From: Chitinophagaceae bacterium
GTDB lineage: Bacteria; Bacteroidota; Bacteroidia; Chitinophagales; Chitinophagaceae
DNA length: 64,000 bases
Direction: 5' to 3'
Assembly (NCBI GenBank): GCA_013140985.1
Contig: JABFRU010000035.1
Coordinates: forward strand, 849 to 64,848
Shown here in pieces: positions 8,843 to 19,300 of this stretch. The position numbers and the translations under genes are program-made. Each line of letters starts with the position of its first letter. The first letter of the stretch is position 1. A model generated the notes under the pieces. The model was given only the letters and a program-made list of their open reading frames with translations. It was not told where the DNA came from and did not search any database.

Positions 8843-8870
8843 CTGTCCCGGGAACCGGGACAGTTTTTTT
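8843..8870. terminator. Bidirectional intrinsic terminator between convergent genes
   Basis: ctgtcccgg gaa ccgggacag, a perfect 9-bp stem, flanked by an A-run upstream and a T-run downstream. Confidence 0.8.
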
Positions 8871-8890
8871 AAGAACATATCGAATAGAAT

Positions 8891-9784
8891 TTATTGCTGC
8901 ATTGTTACCGTGTAAATTGAGCCGAAATATCCTACTCCTGTAACACCCAGCTGCATATTCAGGATAAATCTTTTGGTGCAGCTAAAGAATGTGCCAGTTG
9001 GCGCAGTAGCATGTACCCGGACTGCAACAGTTTGTCCTGAGTATGCAGGATTTATATCTCCTGCATTACTACCCGGAACAGCCGTCTGTGGGATCACTGT
9101 TGTTGTTTTAGCTGCCATACTCGCCCAGTTCAATGTGAAATCGATAGGACCCCAACCATTATCCCAAATATTAGTTACCCGGATTGTTCCGGTAGTCGCT
9201 GTTAACGGAGTTACATTTGAAATGGTAGTGAGATAAGGACCATAAGGACTGGTGCCAAAGAGCTCATTGGTATTGGCGTAATTACCAAGGAAATCGTTTA
9301 ATGAAAAAGCATTAGCCTCTGAACAAATATCTCCTATGGCCAGTTTAACTGTATCCAGAAATGGTGCAGGATCCAAAGAAGGTTGCTTAAAAACAAATAC
9401 CAGGGTGTCTATTCTTCCCGCCGGATAACCACTGAATTTTCCCTGAACCGGAATAACAGCAGTAGCTTGTCCTGCAGGAATGGTAACAGTTTTATTGGTA
9501 GTGCCTAATGTATACTGCGTACCTTCTACGGCCCCTGTAGGTGAAGTCACCGTAAATGTAACGGTCCTGGCTTCACCTTTTACATCGGTTGTACCGACAC
9601 CAATATCATATGCGGCTACGGAAGCGCTTCGAACTGGGTAGGCCTGAACTTTTGCTCCTGTAAAATGTATGAATGATCCGGGAACGATAAGCTCATAAGG
9701 ATCTTCCTTATTACAACTGCCAATTAATATGATGCCTCCAAGGGCTGCGAGGCATGTGGCTATTGAAGTGATGAATCTTTTCAT
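8891..9784 (-). CDS. PUL-associated surface lipoprotein (unknown family)
   Basis: The ATG at 9784 gives MKRFITSIATCLAALGGIILIGSCNKED, a lipobox. It is the last gene after the SusC/SusD pair, in the position usually held by SusE/F-like accessory lipoproteins. It is Thr/Gly-rich and looks beta-rich. Confidence 0.7.
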   Translation of the reverse strand: MKRFITSIATCLAALGGIILIGSCNKEDPYELIVPGSFIHFTGAKVQAYPVRSASVAAYDIGVGTTDVKGEARTVTFTVTSPTGAVEGTQYTLGTTNKTVTIPAGQATAVIPVQGKFSGYPAGRIDTLVFVFKQPSLDPAPFLDTVKLAIGDICSEANAFSLNDFLGNYANTNELFGTSPYGPYLTTISNVTPLTATTGTIRVTNIWDNGWGPIDFTLNWASMAAKTTTVIPQTAVPGSNAGDINPAYSGQTVAVRVHATAPTGTFFSCTKRFILNMQLGVTGVGYFGSIYTVTMQQ

Positions 9785-9825
9785 GTTTTCTGTTTTAATA
9801 TACAAAGATGGTTTTCTTTAATTTA

Positions 9826-11232
9826 TTAATACCCGTCGTTTTGAACCATATTAGGGTTTACAGTCATTTCAGTCTGAGGAATAGGGAATACAAACCGGAA
9901 TGAGCCTGTGGCTAACGTTTGCCAGGCAGCACTTGCATCAGATGGAAGCCGCTGAACAGGAAGATTATTCCTTCTCAGGTCATAGAAACGGAAACCTTCA
10001 AAACAAAGCTCTTTGAATCTCTCGTCAAGAACCGCAGCAATTAGAGCATCGGTTGTTGCGAATACTTCGTTCACATAGCCGGTGATACGCATTGCTCTTA
10101 ATGCATTCAGGTCCGCAGTGCCCAGCGCTAAACTTCCTGCACCCTGTCTTGCATAAGCTTCAGCTCTTATCAAGTACATTTCAGAAATGCGGCAGGCTTT
10201 CATATCAACAACACGGCCACCTCTTGAAGAAGTATAAAATTTATTGACATAGTTATTGCCTGCGCCGTTAGCAGCAATGAAAGCAGCTTTTCTTACATCA
10301 GCAGCAGCTAAACTTGTATTGAGTTTATCAGAAGGGGCAATATAGATAAGACCGCTGGTGGTGGTCCATAATGCTCCGATACCTGTGCTGGTAGCATACC
10401 TGATCCTGAACAATGTTTCATTATTGTTTGCATCTGTCCAGATACCTGTGTAAGCTGCCCCTGAAACTAATGGCTTAACATTTGAATTGATCACTTCAGT
10501 AGCATAAGTGATTGCATTGGCCCAATCGCCTTTGTATAAAGCGATCCTTGCCTGGTAAGCAGCTATATTTACTTTATTCATAACTGTATCAGTAAAAGTA
10601 GCAGGTGTTACAGCAGGAAGAAGAGCCTTGGCATCAGCGAGATCTTTTTCGATCTGTGTCATCACCTGTCCCATTGTATTTCTTGCGGGTTGGGCAGAAG
10701 GATCAGAGGCAAGCATAATGGGTACACCGCGGGTTTCACTGGCATTGTAGTTCTTACAATAAGCTTGTAACAAACCAAAATGTCCCAGGGCACGCAATGC
10801 CAATAATTGTCCTTGTACAATATCTCTTCTGGGAGCTTGTGCAGGAGTATAAGTAACAGTATAAACATGCGGCAATACCCGGTTCACCTGGTCAATCAGG
10901 GAATAGTAACCTGCCCAACCACCAATTACATCACCTCCTGTTGTATTGTCAGCGCTGTACTGGTAGCGGAACGTTAACGCACCCTGTCCATTATTGTCTG
11001 CCCCGATCTTAGCCTCGTCCGAAGTAAGGGCATTGGCATACATATCAAAAGAATAAACTGAATAACGGCCAAATGCACCGTTGGCTCCCAACTGGACATG
11101 ATCAAAAGTGGTAAAGGCATTTGCATCGGAAAAAACAGCCGGGTTATTTTGCTGTAGTTCCTTTTTACAGCCGCCGGCAATAAAAGCGACAGCTAATATG
11201 TATAAACTATATTTCATGTATTTCATAATCAT
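9826..11232 (-). CDS. SusD/RagB-family nutrient-binding outer-membrane lipoprotein
   Basis: 468 aa with lipobox FIAGGCKK. It has the C-terminal pattern typical of SusD (ERFKELCFEGFRFYDLRR). It lies 8 nt downstream of a SusC gene. The start could be one of three close ATGs. Confidence 0.9.
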   Translation of the reverse strand: MIMKYMKYSLYILAVAFIAGGCKKELQQNNPAVFSDANAFTTFDHVQLGANGAFGRYSVYSFDMYANALTSDEAKIGADNNGQGALTFRYQYSADNTTGGDVIGGWAGYYSLIDQVNRVLPHVYTVTYTPAQAPRRDIVQGQLLALRALGHFGLLQAYCKNYNASETRGVPIMLASDPSAQPARNTMGQVMTQIEKDLADAKALLPAVTPATFTDTVMNKVNIAAYQARIALYKGDWANAITYATEVINSNVKPLVSGAAYTGIWTDANNNETLFRIRYATSTGIGALWTTTSGLIYIAPSDKLNTSLAAADVRKAAFIAANGAGNNYVNKFYTSSRGGRVVDMKACRISEMYLIRAEAYARQGAGSLALGTADLNALRAMRITGYVNEVFATTDALIAAVLDERFKELCFEGFRFYDLRRNNLPVQRLPSDASAAWQTLATGSFRFVFPIPQTEMTVNPNMVQNDGY

Positions 11233-11240
11233 TTCATTTA

Positions 11241-14200
11241 TTAGTTAAAGCTAACAGTGATACCGCCGGTGAATGCCCTTGGGTTCGGGAATTCGCTCAA
11301 ATTGATGTTAACAGGTCCTGCTTCAGGATCCATTCCTCTCCAATGTGTCCATATGAAAAGATTAGTGCCTTGTAAGAATAACTTAACTGAAGAAAGCACT
11401 TTTGTTTTCGCAATAATAGAGGATGGTAATGTGTAAGACAGTGTAACATCTCTCAAACGGACAAAAGAAGCATCATGGATCAGCTTGGATGAAAAGTTCG
11501 TACCATATAAAGGGCTTGGAGTACTAACTACATCACCCGGTTTTTTCCAGAAATTCAGGCTTGCTGATTGATTGTATCCGCCAGCCATAAATCCAACAGG
11601 ATTTTCTACGAAATATTCAAGATTATCATATTTATCAGCGCCACTCTGCCAGCTGAATAATACAGAAAGGTCAATGCCTTTGTAACGAAGTGATGTACCA
11701 AATCCACCTTTCCAGGGCGCTTCCCAGGTACCCCAGTTTTGAACGGCATTGCTGGTGGCATATACAGTAGTGATCTTTCCATTCAGGTCATAATATAATG
11801 GCATCCCGGTTGCAGCATCTACACCAGCCCAACCTACTTCATTATGAGAACCCAATGGTAATCCTATTTTCAGGAAAGAGGTACCGCTGGCATAAGGTTG
11901 CACACCGCCGAGGTCAAGCAATTTGTTTTTGTTATATCCACCAGTTGCAAACAGGGTCCATACCAGGTTCTTTGTCCTGAATACTTCACCATTGATATTC
12001 CATTCAAAGCCTGTGTTCTGTAATTCACCTGCATTTTGCAATATAGCTGTAAAAGCAGCACCGGGACCTGTAAGTGTTTTGTTTACCAGCAGATCTTTTG
12101 TTCTTTTATCATACCAGTTCAGGTCACCATAAATTCTTCTTTTCAGGAATTCAAAATCCAAACCGAAATTCAGGATATAAGTAGTCTCCCATTTCAGATT
12201 GGGGTTTCCAGGATAAGTAGAAACTTGTGTGTTGATGCCAGAATAAGTACCCGCACCATAGGTAGCCTGGTAAGGGTAGTTACCGAAGTTGCTTGCATTA
12301 GCGGTACTACCATAGCTGGCTCTTACTCTTAATGTATTAATGAATTTGATATTTTGTATGAATGCCTCCCTTGAAGCCTCCCATGTAGCACCTACAGAGA
12401 AGAATTGCCCCCACCTGTTTGCTTCAGGTAATTTAGATGTTCCATCTGTACGTATGCTGCCGGATAAAGTATATTTATCATTATAGGTATATCTGGCGGT
12501 AAAAAGCCCCGAAGCTAATCCGGTTCTGGCTTTTCCACCACCTATAATAGCATATAACTGATTAACAGCATTGCCCTGTGTAATTGATGATGGAGTATTG
12601 GGAATCCTTGGATCAATTCCAAAACCTTGTGCACTAAATGATTTACTATTCTCTTGTACATACTCACCTAATACTACAGCTTCAATATCATGTTTGTCGT
12701 TAAAGAGTTTTCTATAAGTTACAGAAGGACGTATAGTGCTGGTGGATAGTCTTGTGAGATCTTCAAACTGGAAACCAGCATTTCCGGTAATAGAAGTGCT
12801 TATTTTTCTTGAATAGGCCTCTTTACTTCCATAGTTTGTATTTTGAGTTTCCCTGAAGTCAACACCTGCGATGAATCCGGCTGTAATGTCTTTAGTAATT
12901 TTATAGCCTACATTAAAGCTCAGGGTTGCTTTCATCTGGTCATTGTAGTTCTCATCCCAGAAGTTGAGATCCATTTGAGTTGTTGCTACATATTTTGAAC
13001 CATTTCCAAGATTGAAAGTTCCATCAGGATTTCTCACTGTAGTATAGGGAACCTGTAAGTTAACAACCAGGAATGGATTACCCAGGCTGTTGGTTACCGT
13101 GCTTTGCTGAAAATTACGCCTTGTATATCCAAGTGTTGCTGAAAATCCATAAGTAAGCTTATCATCTGCATAATCAATATTAGATTTTAAGGTTACCCTT
13201 TTCATATCTGTTCTCTCGGTAATACCTTCCTCATTGTATAATGCCAGATTAGTGTAAAAACGGGTCCTGCCGGAGCCACCTGAAAGTGTGAGCTGGTGAT
13301 TACTGAAAGTACCACGACGGAAGATCTCATCATACCAATTGGTATTTATTTTAGACATGGAATCCAAAATACGGGCAGCATCTGCCTGGCCTGTTGGCGT
13401 CAATGCCTGTACCCTTGGATTGTCCGGTGAAAAATACCAACCGGGTATATTGGCGTTATTATTAGTGGAGCTACCTACGACCTTTCCATAATCGTATTGA
13501 TTCTGGAAAATTTCAGCGGTCGTCATTGTTCTGAAAGCAAAATCAGGTTTTGATTTTACGCCGAACTGGCCATCATAACTAACTTTTAATTTACCGGCTG
13601 TTCCTTTTTTAGTTGTAATTACAATTACTCCATTTGCGCCCCTTGATCCATATTGTGCAAGTGTAGATGCATCACGAAGAATATCTATCGAAGCAAAATC
13701 ATTAGGATTTAATCCCTGAAAAACGGATGTTTCTACCTGGATCCCATCAAGAATATACAAAGGAGCACTTGATACAGAGATCGAGTTTGTTCCCCTGATA
13801 AGGATTGTAGAAGCACTTCCTGGCTGACCACTTCCTGTAAGGGCAAGCACACCGGGTACTCTTCCCTGGAAAAGCTGGTCCACTGATCCTACGGGTTTGT
13901 TGGTAAGATCTTTTGGAGCAATTTTATTCGCTGCTCCGGAGAATTTACTTTTTGAGATCCGGCTCAAACCGGTAACAACAACTTCTTCTTCCTCTTTAGC
14001 TTCAGATACCATAGATACTGAAAATGTAGAAGAAGAACCGATGGTTACAACCTGCGTTGCAAATCCAACAGAGCTGAATTGGAGTTGTCTTGCATTGGCG
14101 GGAACCGCCAGTGAAAAAGTACCGTCAGCTTTTGTAACGGTTCCTGTAGTAGTTCTGGGAACCACAACAGATACATTAGGCATTGGAGCGCCTTTGTCAT

Positions 14201-14288
14201 CTGTTACCTTACCAGTGATTGTTTTTTGGGCATACACCATTCCTGTAAAAAAAAGGAATGCTGTTAGCAGAGCTAGCAGTTTTCTCAT
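11241..14288 (-). CDS. SusC/RagA-family TonB-dependent outer-membrane transporter
   Basis: 1015 aa. Signal peptide, then a CarboxypepD_reg-like segment (ITGKVTDDKGAPMPNVSVVV..TTGTVTKADGTFS), then a plug (LQGRVPGV, GANGVIVITTKKG). The C-terminal barrel ends ..FTGGITVSFN. Confidence 0.93.
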   Translation of the reverse strand: MRKLLALLTAFLFFTGMVYAQKTITGKVTDDKGAPMPNVSVVVPRTTTGTVTKADGTFSLAVPANARQLQFSSVGFATQVVTIGSSSTFSVSMVSEAKEEEEVVVTGLSRISKSKFSGAANKIAPKDLTNKPVGSVDQLFQGRVPGVLALTGSGQPGSASTILIRGTNSISVSSAPLYILDGIQVETSVFQGLNPNDFASIDILRDASTLAQYGSRGANGVIVITTKKGTAGKLKVSYDGQFGVKSKPDFAFRTMTTAEIFQNQYDYGKVVGSSTNNNANIPGWYFSPDNPRVQALTPTGQADAARILDSMSKINTNWYDEIFRRGTFSNHQLTLSGGSGRTRFYTNLALYNEEGITERTDMKRVTLKSNIDYADDKLTYGFSATLGYTRRNFQQSTVTNSLGNPFLVVNLQVPYTTVRNPDGTFNLGNGSKYVATTQMDLNFWDENYNDQMKATLSFNVGYKITKDITAGFIAGVDFRETQNTNYGSKEAYSRKISTSITGNAGFQFEDLTRLSTSTIRPSVTYRKLFNDKHDIEAVVLGEYVQENSKSFSAQGFGIDPRIPNTPSSITQGNAVNQLYAIIGGGKARTGLASGLFTARYTYNDKYTLSGSIRTDGTSKLPEANRWGQFFSVGATWEASREAFIQNIKFINTLRVRASYGSTANASNFGNYPYQATYGAGTYSGINTQVSTYPGNPNLKWETTYILNFGLDFEFLKRRIYGDLNWYDKRTKDLLVNKTLTGPGAAFTAILQNAGELQNTGFEWNINGEVFRTKNLVWTLFATGGYNKNKLLDLGGVQPYASGTSFLKIGLPLGSHNEVGWAGVDAATGMPLYYDLNGKITTVYATSNAVQNWGTWEAPWKGGFGTSLRYKGIDLSVLFSWQSGADKYDNLEYFVENPVGFMAGGYNQSASLNFWKKPGDVVSTPSPLYGTNFSSKLIHDASFVRLRDVTLSYTLPSSIIAKTKVLSSVKLFLQGTNLFIWTHWRGMDPEAGPVNINLSEFPNPRAFTGGITVSFN

Positions 14289-14543
14289 ATCAGTTTAATT
14301 TAAGTATATAAAAAACACCTGTATCCAGGGGGCACAAGTTATAGTCTTTAGCCAATTTTCAAAAAAAATCAAGAGCTTTTCCTATCGGACCGGCCATTTT
14401 ATTCCTCTATTCTTGGACAGTGACAAATAGCATAATTAAAAAGCTGCATTTCAAAGCTAATAGTATCGGCAATATTGGCAGGAAGGTTGGCAAATGAGGC
14501 CTATACTTTTTTTTGTGACATTTTCCTGGCTTGATAGTAAGAA

Positions 14544-14570
14544 GAAAGCCACTTCAAAGAAGTGGCTTTC
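14544..14570 (-). terminator. Stem-loop after the first SusD gene
   Basis: gaaagccacttc aaa gaagtggctttc, a perfect 12-bp stem, 24 nt past the SusD stop (minus-strand direction). Confidence 0.6.
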
Positions 14571-14593
14571 TTTATAATATCTGCTATGTAGTA

Positions 14594-16303
14594 TTAATTA
14601 TCCCAGAATACCCTGTCCTGCAGGCTGGCTGCCTTTTGACCAGGAACATTGGGATTCAGGTCAATTTCAGACTGAGGGTAGAAGAGAGTTCTTGGAACAG
14701 AAGTAACACCGTTGATGGCATTGGTTGGAATTGAGATAGCAGGAAATCCTGTCCTTCTCCAATCTACCCAGGGTTCTACAGCAACTCCAAATGAGGCAAT
14801 ATATTTTTCTTCAATCACTTGCTGAATTTGTTGTGCAGTACTTCCTGAAAGTGTTCCATTAGAAGCAATATATTGAGCAATCACAGCAGCGGGTACTCCA
14901 ACTTCTGTCATAGCAGCGGTAATACCATCTGTAAAGAAAGTTTGTGCACTTCCTGGTGCGCCTCTTAAAGCTGCTTCGGCCCTGATAAAACAATACTCAG
15001 CATAAGTAAGCAGACGTTGAGGTGCAGCTCCTGAATATGTAAATGGAGGTGCGGCACCAGCAGTTACAGATCCTCTTAAGAACGTATGAATGCGGCTATA
15101 ATTATTGCTGGGTACAGCAGGAGGAGCAGAAGCAGAAACAGCAGTAAATACATTTGGTGCTACATGAAGCGATGCACCTGCTCCCACGCCTGCGCCTGTA
15201 ACATTATTGCTTAATGTTATCGTTGTGGCGGTAACAGCTGTAGCTGTGGTGCCCCAAGGAATATTTGTACCAACAATCGCCATACCGGCAGCGGCTCCCG
15301 TAGTAGCAGAAAATGTCAGAACATTACCAGCAACTGTTGCAGCCGATGTATTCAAACTGATAGGGAGTGGAATGCCCTGGTACGGAAAGGAGGTAAAATA
15401 ATAGGGTCTTCTCGGATCAAATCTTGTATTCATCAGATTCAGTATAGCCGCATCGCAAAACAAGTAATTAGGACGGCTTACTTCAAAAGCTGAGATAGGA
15501 TTGCGCTGATTAGCTACATCATAAAATGGCATAGAAAAATTGTCTGCATTGGATGCCATAAAGGTTATACCTGCGGTATTGATCAAAGCTGTTAACTGTG
15601 CATTACTGAAACTGGGGTTTACTTTGCTGTAATGAAGCAATAGTCTAAGTCTTAATGTATTTGCCAGTCTTATCCACTGGGCCCTTGCAGTGGTAAAATT
15701 ACCCCCGTTAGTATAAATTACAGAATTGGTGCCTGGTGTAAGTACACTGGTGGCAGCATTCAGATCAGCTACAGCATCTGCCAGCAACTGTATCAGTTTT
15801 GGATAAATCAGTGCATCATCTTCATAGGCAGGCTGTGTATTGCCAGTGAGCTGTTGTGCCTGTGAATATGGAACATCTCCCCACACATCAACAATCTTGG
15901 CATACTCAAAAGCTTTCAGGATTTTTGCAACCCCGGTATAATGAGGGCTTGCCCCCCCTTGTTTAATAATTAATTCAAGATCGCTTAAGGTTGAGGCAAA
16001 ATTGCTGCTCCATACGTTGTTTTGATCACTACCTGTGATATTGTAACGATAATACTCAAAAGTTTGGTTAGGCTGTGATGCGAGGCCTGACATCATTTGC
16101 ATGATCTCGGTAGTGTAACGGAACATATCACTCCCGCCCTCAAAGCCAAGGTTTACCTGGGCAGAAGTAAGCAACTGCGCCAACGGGGCATTAGAGTCTG
16201 GCAAGCGATCGGGGTCTTTGTTGATGTCAAGAAATTTCTTACACGAAGTGGCTGCAGCCAATCCGGTAAAGAGCAGGATGAATTTAAAATATCTGAGTTT
16301 CAT
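14594..16303 (-). CDS. SusD-like outer-membrane lipoprotein (long form, with Ala/Thr/Gly-rich insert)
   Basis: 569 aa with lipobox AATSCKK. The SusD-like helical N-terminal half and the ..LTYAEYCFIRAEAAL.. motif are present. It lies 18 nt downstream of a SusC gene. Confidence 0.85.
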   Translation of the reverse strand: MKLRYFKFILLFTGLAAATSCKKFLDINKDPDRLPDSNAPLAQLLTSAQVNLGFEGGSDMFRYTTEIMQMMSGLASQPNQTFEYYRYNITGSDQNNVWSSNFASTLSDLELIIKQGGASPHYTGVAKILKAFEYAKIVDVWGDVPYSQAQQLTGNTQPAYEDDALIYPKLIQLLADAVADLNAATSVLTPGTNSVIYTNGGNFTTARAQWIRLANTLRLRLLLHYSKVNPSFSNAQLTALINTAGITFMASNADNFSMPFYDVANQRNPISAFEVSRPNYLFCDAAILNLMNTRFDPRRPYYFTSFPYQGIPLPISLNTSAATVAGNVLTFSATTGAAAGMAIVGTNIPWGTTATAVTATTITLSNNVTGAGVGAGASLHVAPNVFTAVSASAPPAVPSNNYSRIHTFLRGSVTAGAAPPFTYSGAAPQRLLTYAEYCFIRAEAALRGAPGSAQTFFTDGITAAMTEVGVPAAVIAQYIASNGTLSGSTAQQIQQVIEEKYIASFGVAVEPWVDWRRTGFPAISIPTNAINGVTSVPRTLFYPQSEIDLNPNVPGQKAASLQDRVFWDN

Positions 16304-16321
16304 AATTGTCTTTTTTAATAA

Positions 16322-19300
16322 TTAGAAGGTTAAGTTTAATCCTACTCCGATCGTACGGGTTTGAGGCAAAGCATTAAACTCAAGACCGTTTGCATTGCTT
16401 ACCCCCAGCACATTTTGTTCAGGGTCCAGGTGAGGATAAAACGGACTGTGGAGGAAAAGATTTCTTCCAAACAAACTGAAAGATGCGTGGCTGAATGGTG
16501 TTCTGCTAAGAAAAGAAGAAGGTAATGTATAAACCAATGATGCTTCTCTTACCCTGAACCAGGATGTTTTATAAATGAAACCTTCAGCGGCTGCATGCAA
16601 ACCACTGTTGCCATAATAGTCCTGTGCAGACAGGTAAGTAGTGTTAGGTAATCCATTTGTATAAACGGCATCAAAGAGATAGGGCTTTTGCAAAACGCCG
16701 GCAGCATCATATCTCGGAAATGCTGCAGTTTCAGCCACCACGCCATTTCTCAGCAGGTCAGCAATATTGCGGCTATATATCTGGCCACCTTCTTTTATTT
16801 CCATCAGGAAAGAAAGAGTGATGGCTTTATATGTTAAGGTGTTCGTGATGCCGAGAACATATTTCGGATTTGGATTTCCTATTTGTTGTACACCTGATGT
16901 GATCAATGGCAATCCGTTGGCACCAACTACAATCTTGTTTCCTTTATTCGGGTCTCTTACAAAGGCATTACCGTATATCTGTCCGTACTCTTCACCTGCA
17001 ACAAGGCGAACGTTAGGAGTAACAAAACCTCCCAGGAAGATGTTAGTAACTCCGGGGGCCAGTTTATCAACGATGGCTTTGAATTGGGTATAAGCCAGGT
17101 TGAAACCCCATACGAATGACTTAGACTTGATAGGAGTGGCATTCACTCCCAATTCAACACCGTTATTAGTTAAGTTTCCGGCATTTTGTGTAAATGCAGT
17201 AATGCCAGATGTAGCTGACACAGGCACACTAAAAATAAGGTCCCTTGATTTTTGTTTGTAACGGGTTGCTTCAATATTCAACCTGCCCTTAAATAAAGAC
17301 AATTCTAAAGCTATCTCCCGGCTTTGAGTAAACTCGGGACCTAAATCCGGGTTACCGGCTGTATTGCTAAGAGCAAAACCCTGAATCCCGTTAAATGGAA
17401 AAGCGATTGTTGGACCAAAACCATCAGCAGACGCTGCGCCTCCAAAATATGAATCGGTACCATATAAGAAATCTGTTCCGGCTTTACCCACAGTAGATAT
17501 ATTGCCACGGATCCTGATATTTTCAATTATTTTACTCTTAAGCTTGGGGAAAAGTTCTGTAATATTCAGAGTGCCGCCAACGCCGTTGTACAGGTATGAG
17601 TTGTTTCCAATTTTGAAAGAGGAAACCCAATCGTTTCTCAGGGTAAAATTTGCAGAAAAGATGCTTTTATAGCTCAGTGCTAAATCACCATACAATCCAA
17701 TTAACCGGAATTTAAAAGAACTGTATCCTGGTGCGGGGCTGAAAGTGGTAGTATTGCTCAGCTGCTCGAAATCTCTTACGATAATTCCTTTACCATCTAA
17801 TTGTGCATTATTACCATAGTTCTGCTGAAACTCGCTTCCGAAAATAAATGTTCCGCTCCATGATTTAATCCTTTTATTGGCAGTAAAGAATCCGTTGGAG
17901 TTAAGATTGCGGGAATTGCTTCTTACTTCACGGATACCGCCTACTGCATTGGCTGTAGTATTGGCGCCACCTCTTGCACCTATCTGGTCGTATGCATGGC
18001 TAAAGAAAGAAAAAATATCCGTTCCTACCTTGTAATCAGCGGTTAGCCATTTAGTAAGCCTGAAATTGAAAGAAACGTTTCCAATAAAACGGTTGATCTC
18101 ATCATTAAAGCGGTTATGCTTTATTGTCCAATGGGGATGATCTTCACCCAAAGGATAACGCTGGTTACCTACAGCATCTTCATAAGCAAGACCACTCAGG
18201 TCATAGCTTCTGGGAGTAAACCATCCGCGGAACAAAGGATTACTCAACTGGTTTCCCTGTTGTGTTCTGCGTGATGCATTATTTGAGTAATTACCACTGG
18301 CAGATACAGTGAGCCAATTATTTACTTTGGAACTTGCATTCAATGAAAAATTATGACGGGTAAGTACATTATTTTCAAGTACACCAGTATTCTTCAGGTA
18401 GCCATAAGAAAAGCGGAAAGTGTTTTTATCTGTACCTCCGGAAAACGAAAGATTATTTTGCCAGTTTACACCATTTTTGAATATTTCTTTAACGTTGTTG
18501 GGATAAGCCTTCAACACTTCAGTCCTGTCATTAGCATTAGTAACAGGATTGTACGCATTGGTAACAGTTTGACCGACTATGCGTGGCCCCCATGATGTTT
18601 GTGCTGTAGGGGAAAATACTCCACTATTACCCTGTGCATATTCGTTCTGAAAATCAGGTAAGCGGTTTACACTTTCAATCTGGTAAGTAGAAGAAAACTG
18701 TATGGCATTCTTCTGGCCTGCTTTTCCTTTTTTAGTTGTAATCAGGATTACACCATTTGATGCTCTTGATCCATAAAGGACAGCTGCAGATGCACCTTTC
18801 AATACTGTGATACTTTCAATATCATCCTGGTTGAGATCAATGGCCCGGCTTGATCTTGGTGTTCCATTTTGCAAAGGGGTGCCACCACCACTGTTATCAA
18901 TGGGAATTCCATCAACAACAAATAACGGCTGGTTAGAACCTGTGAATGTGGTAAAACCACGGATTAAAATGCTGGAACTGGAAAACGAACCGCCGCTTCC
19001 CTGTGTTCTTACACCGGGAATTTTTGATGCCAGTGCGTTGGTGATATTGGTAGTGTGGGCCTGGGTAAGTTCGGTATTGCTAAGCTGTGTCACACCGTAT
19101 CCCAAATCCTTCTTGTTTTTCTTAATACCAAATGCAGTTACTACAACTTCCGACATTGTTTTGTCTTCGGCTTTCAATGTTGCATCTATTATAGTTGCTG
19201 TGCCAATCGCTTTTTCGACGGGACTCATATCAACAGCGGAAAAAACCAGGGCTATTGCGCCAGCGGGAACAGTGATAGTATATGTTCCGTCAACTTTTGT

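Noticed and set aside
13897-14298. Long antisense ORFs inside large genes. Examples are 13897..14298 and 18807..19346 in the SusC genes, 15207..15401 in the SusD-like gene, 24016..24450 in the PorZ-like gene, 26925..27401 and 26962..27354 in prfA, 34996..35439 in serS, and 55021..55425 in mrdA.
   Set aside because: Each is fully overlapped by a gene with strong family signatures on the other strand. Their translations are low-complexity (Ser/Thr/Ala/Ile-rich) with no recognisable motifs.
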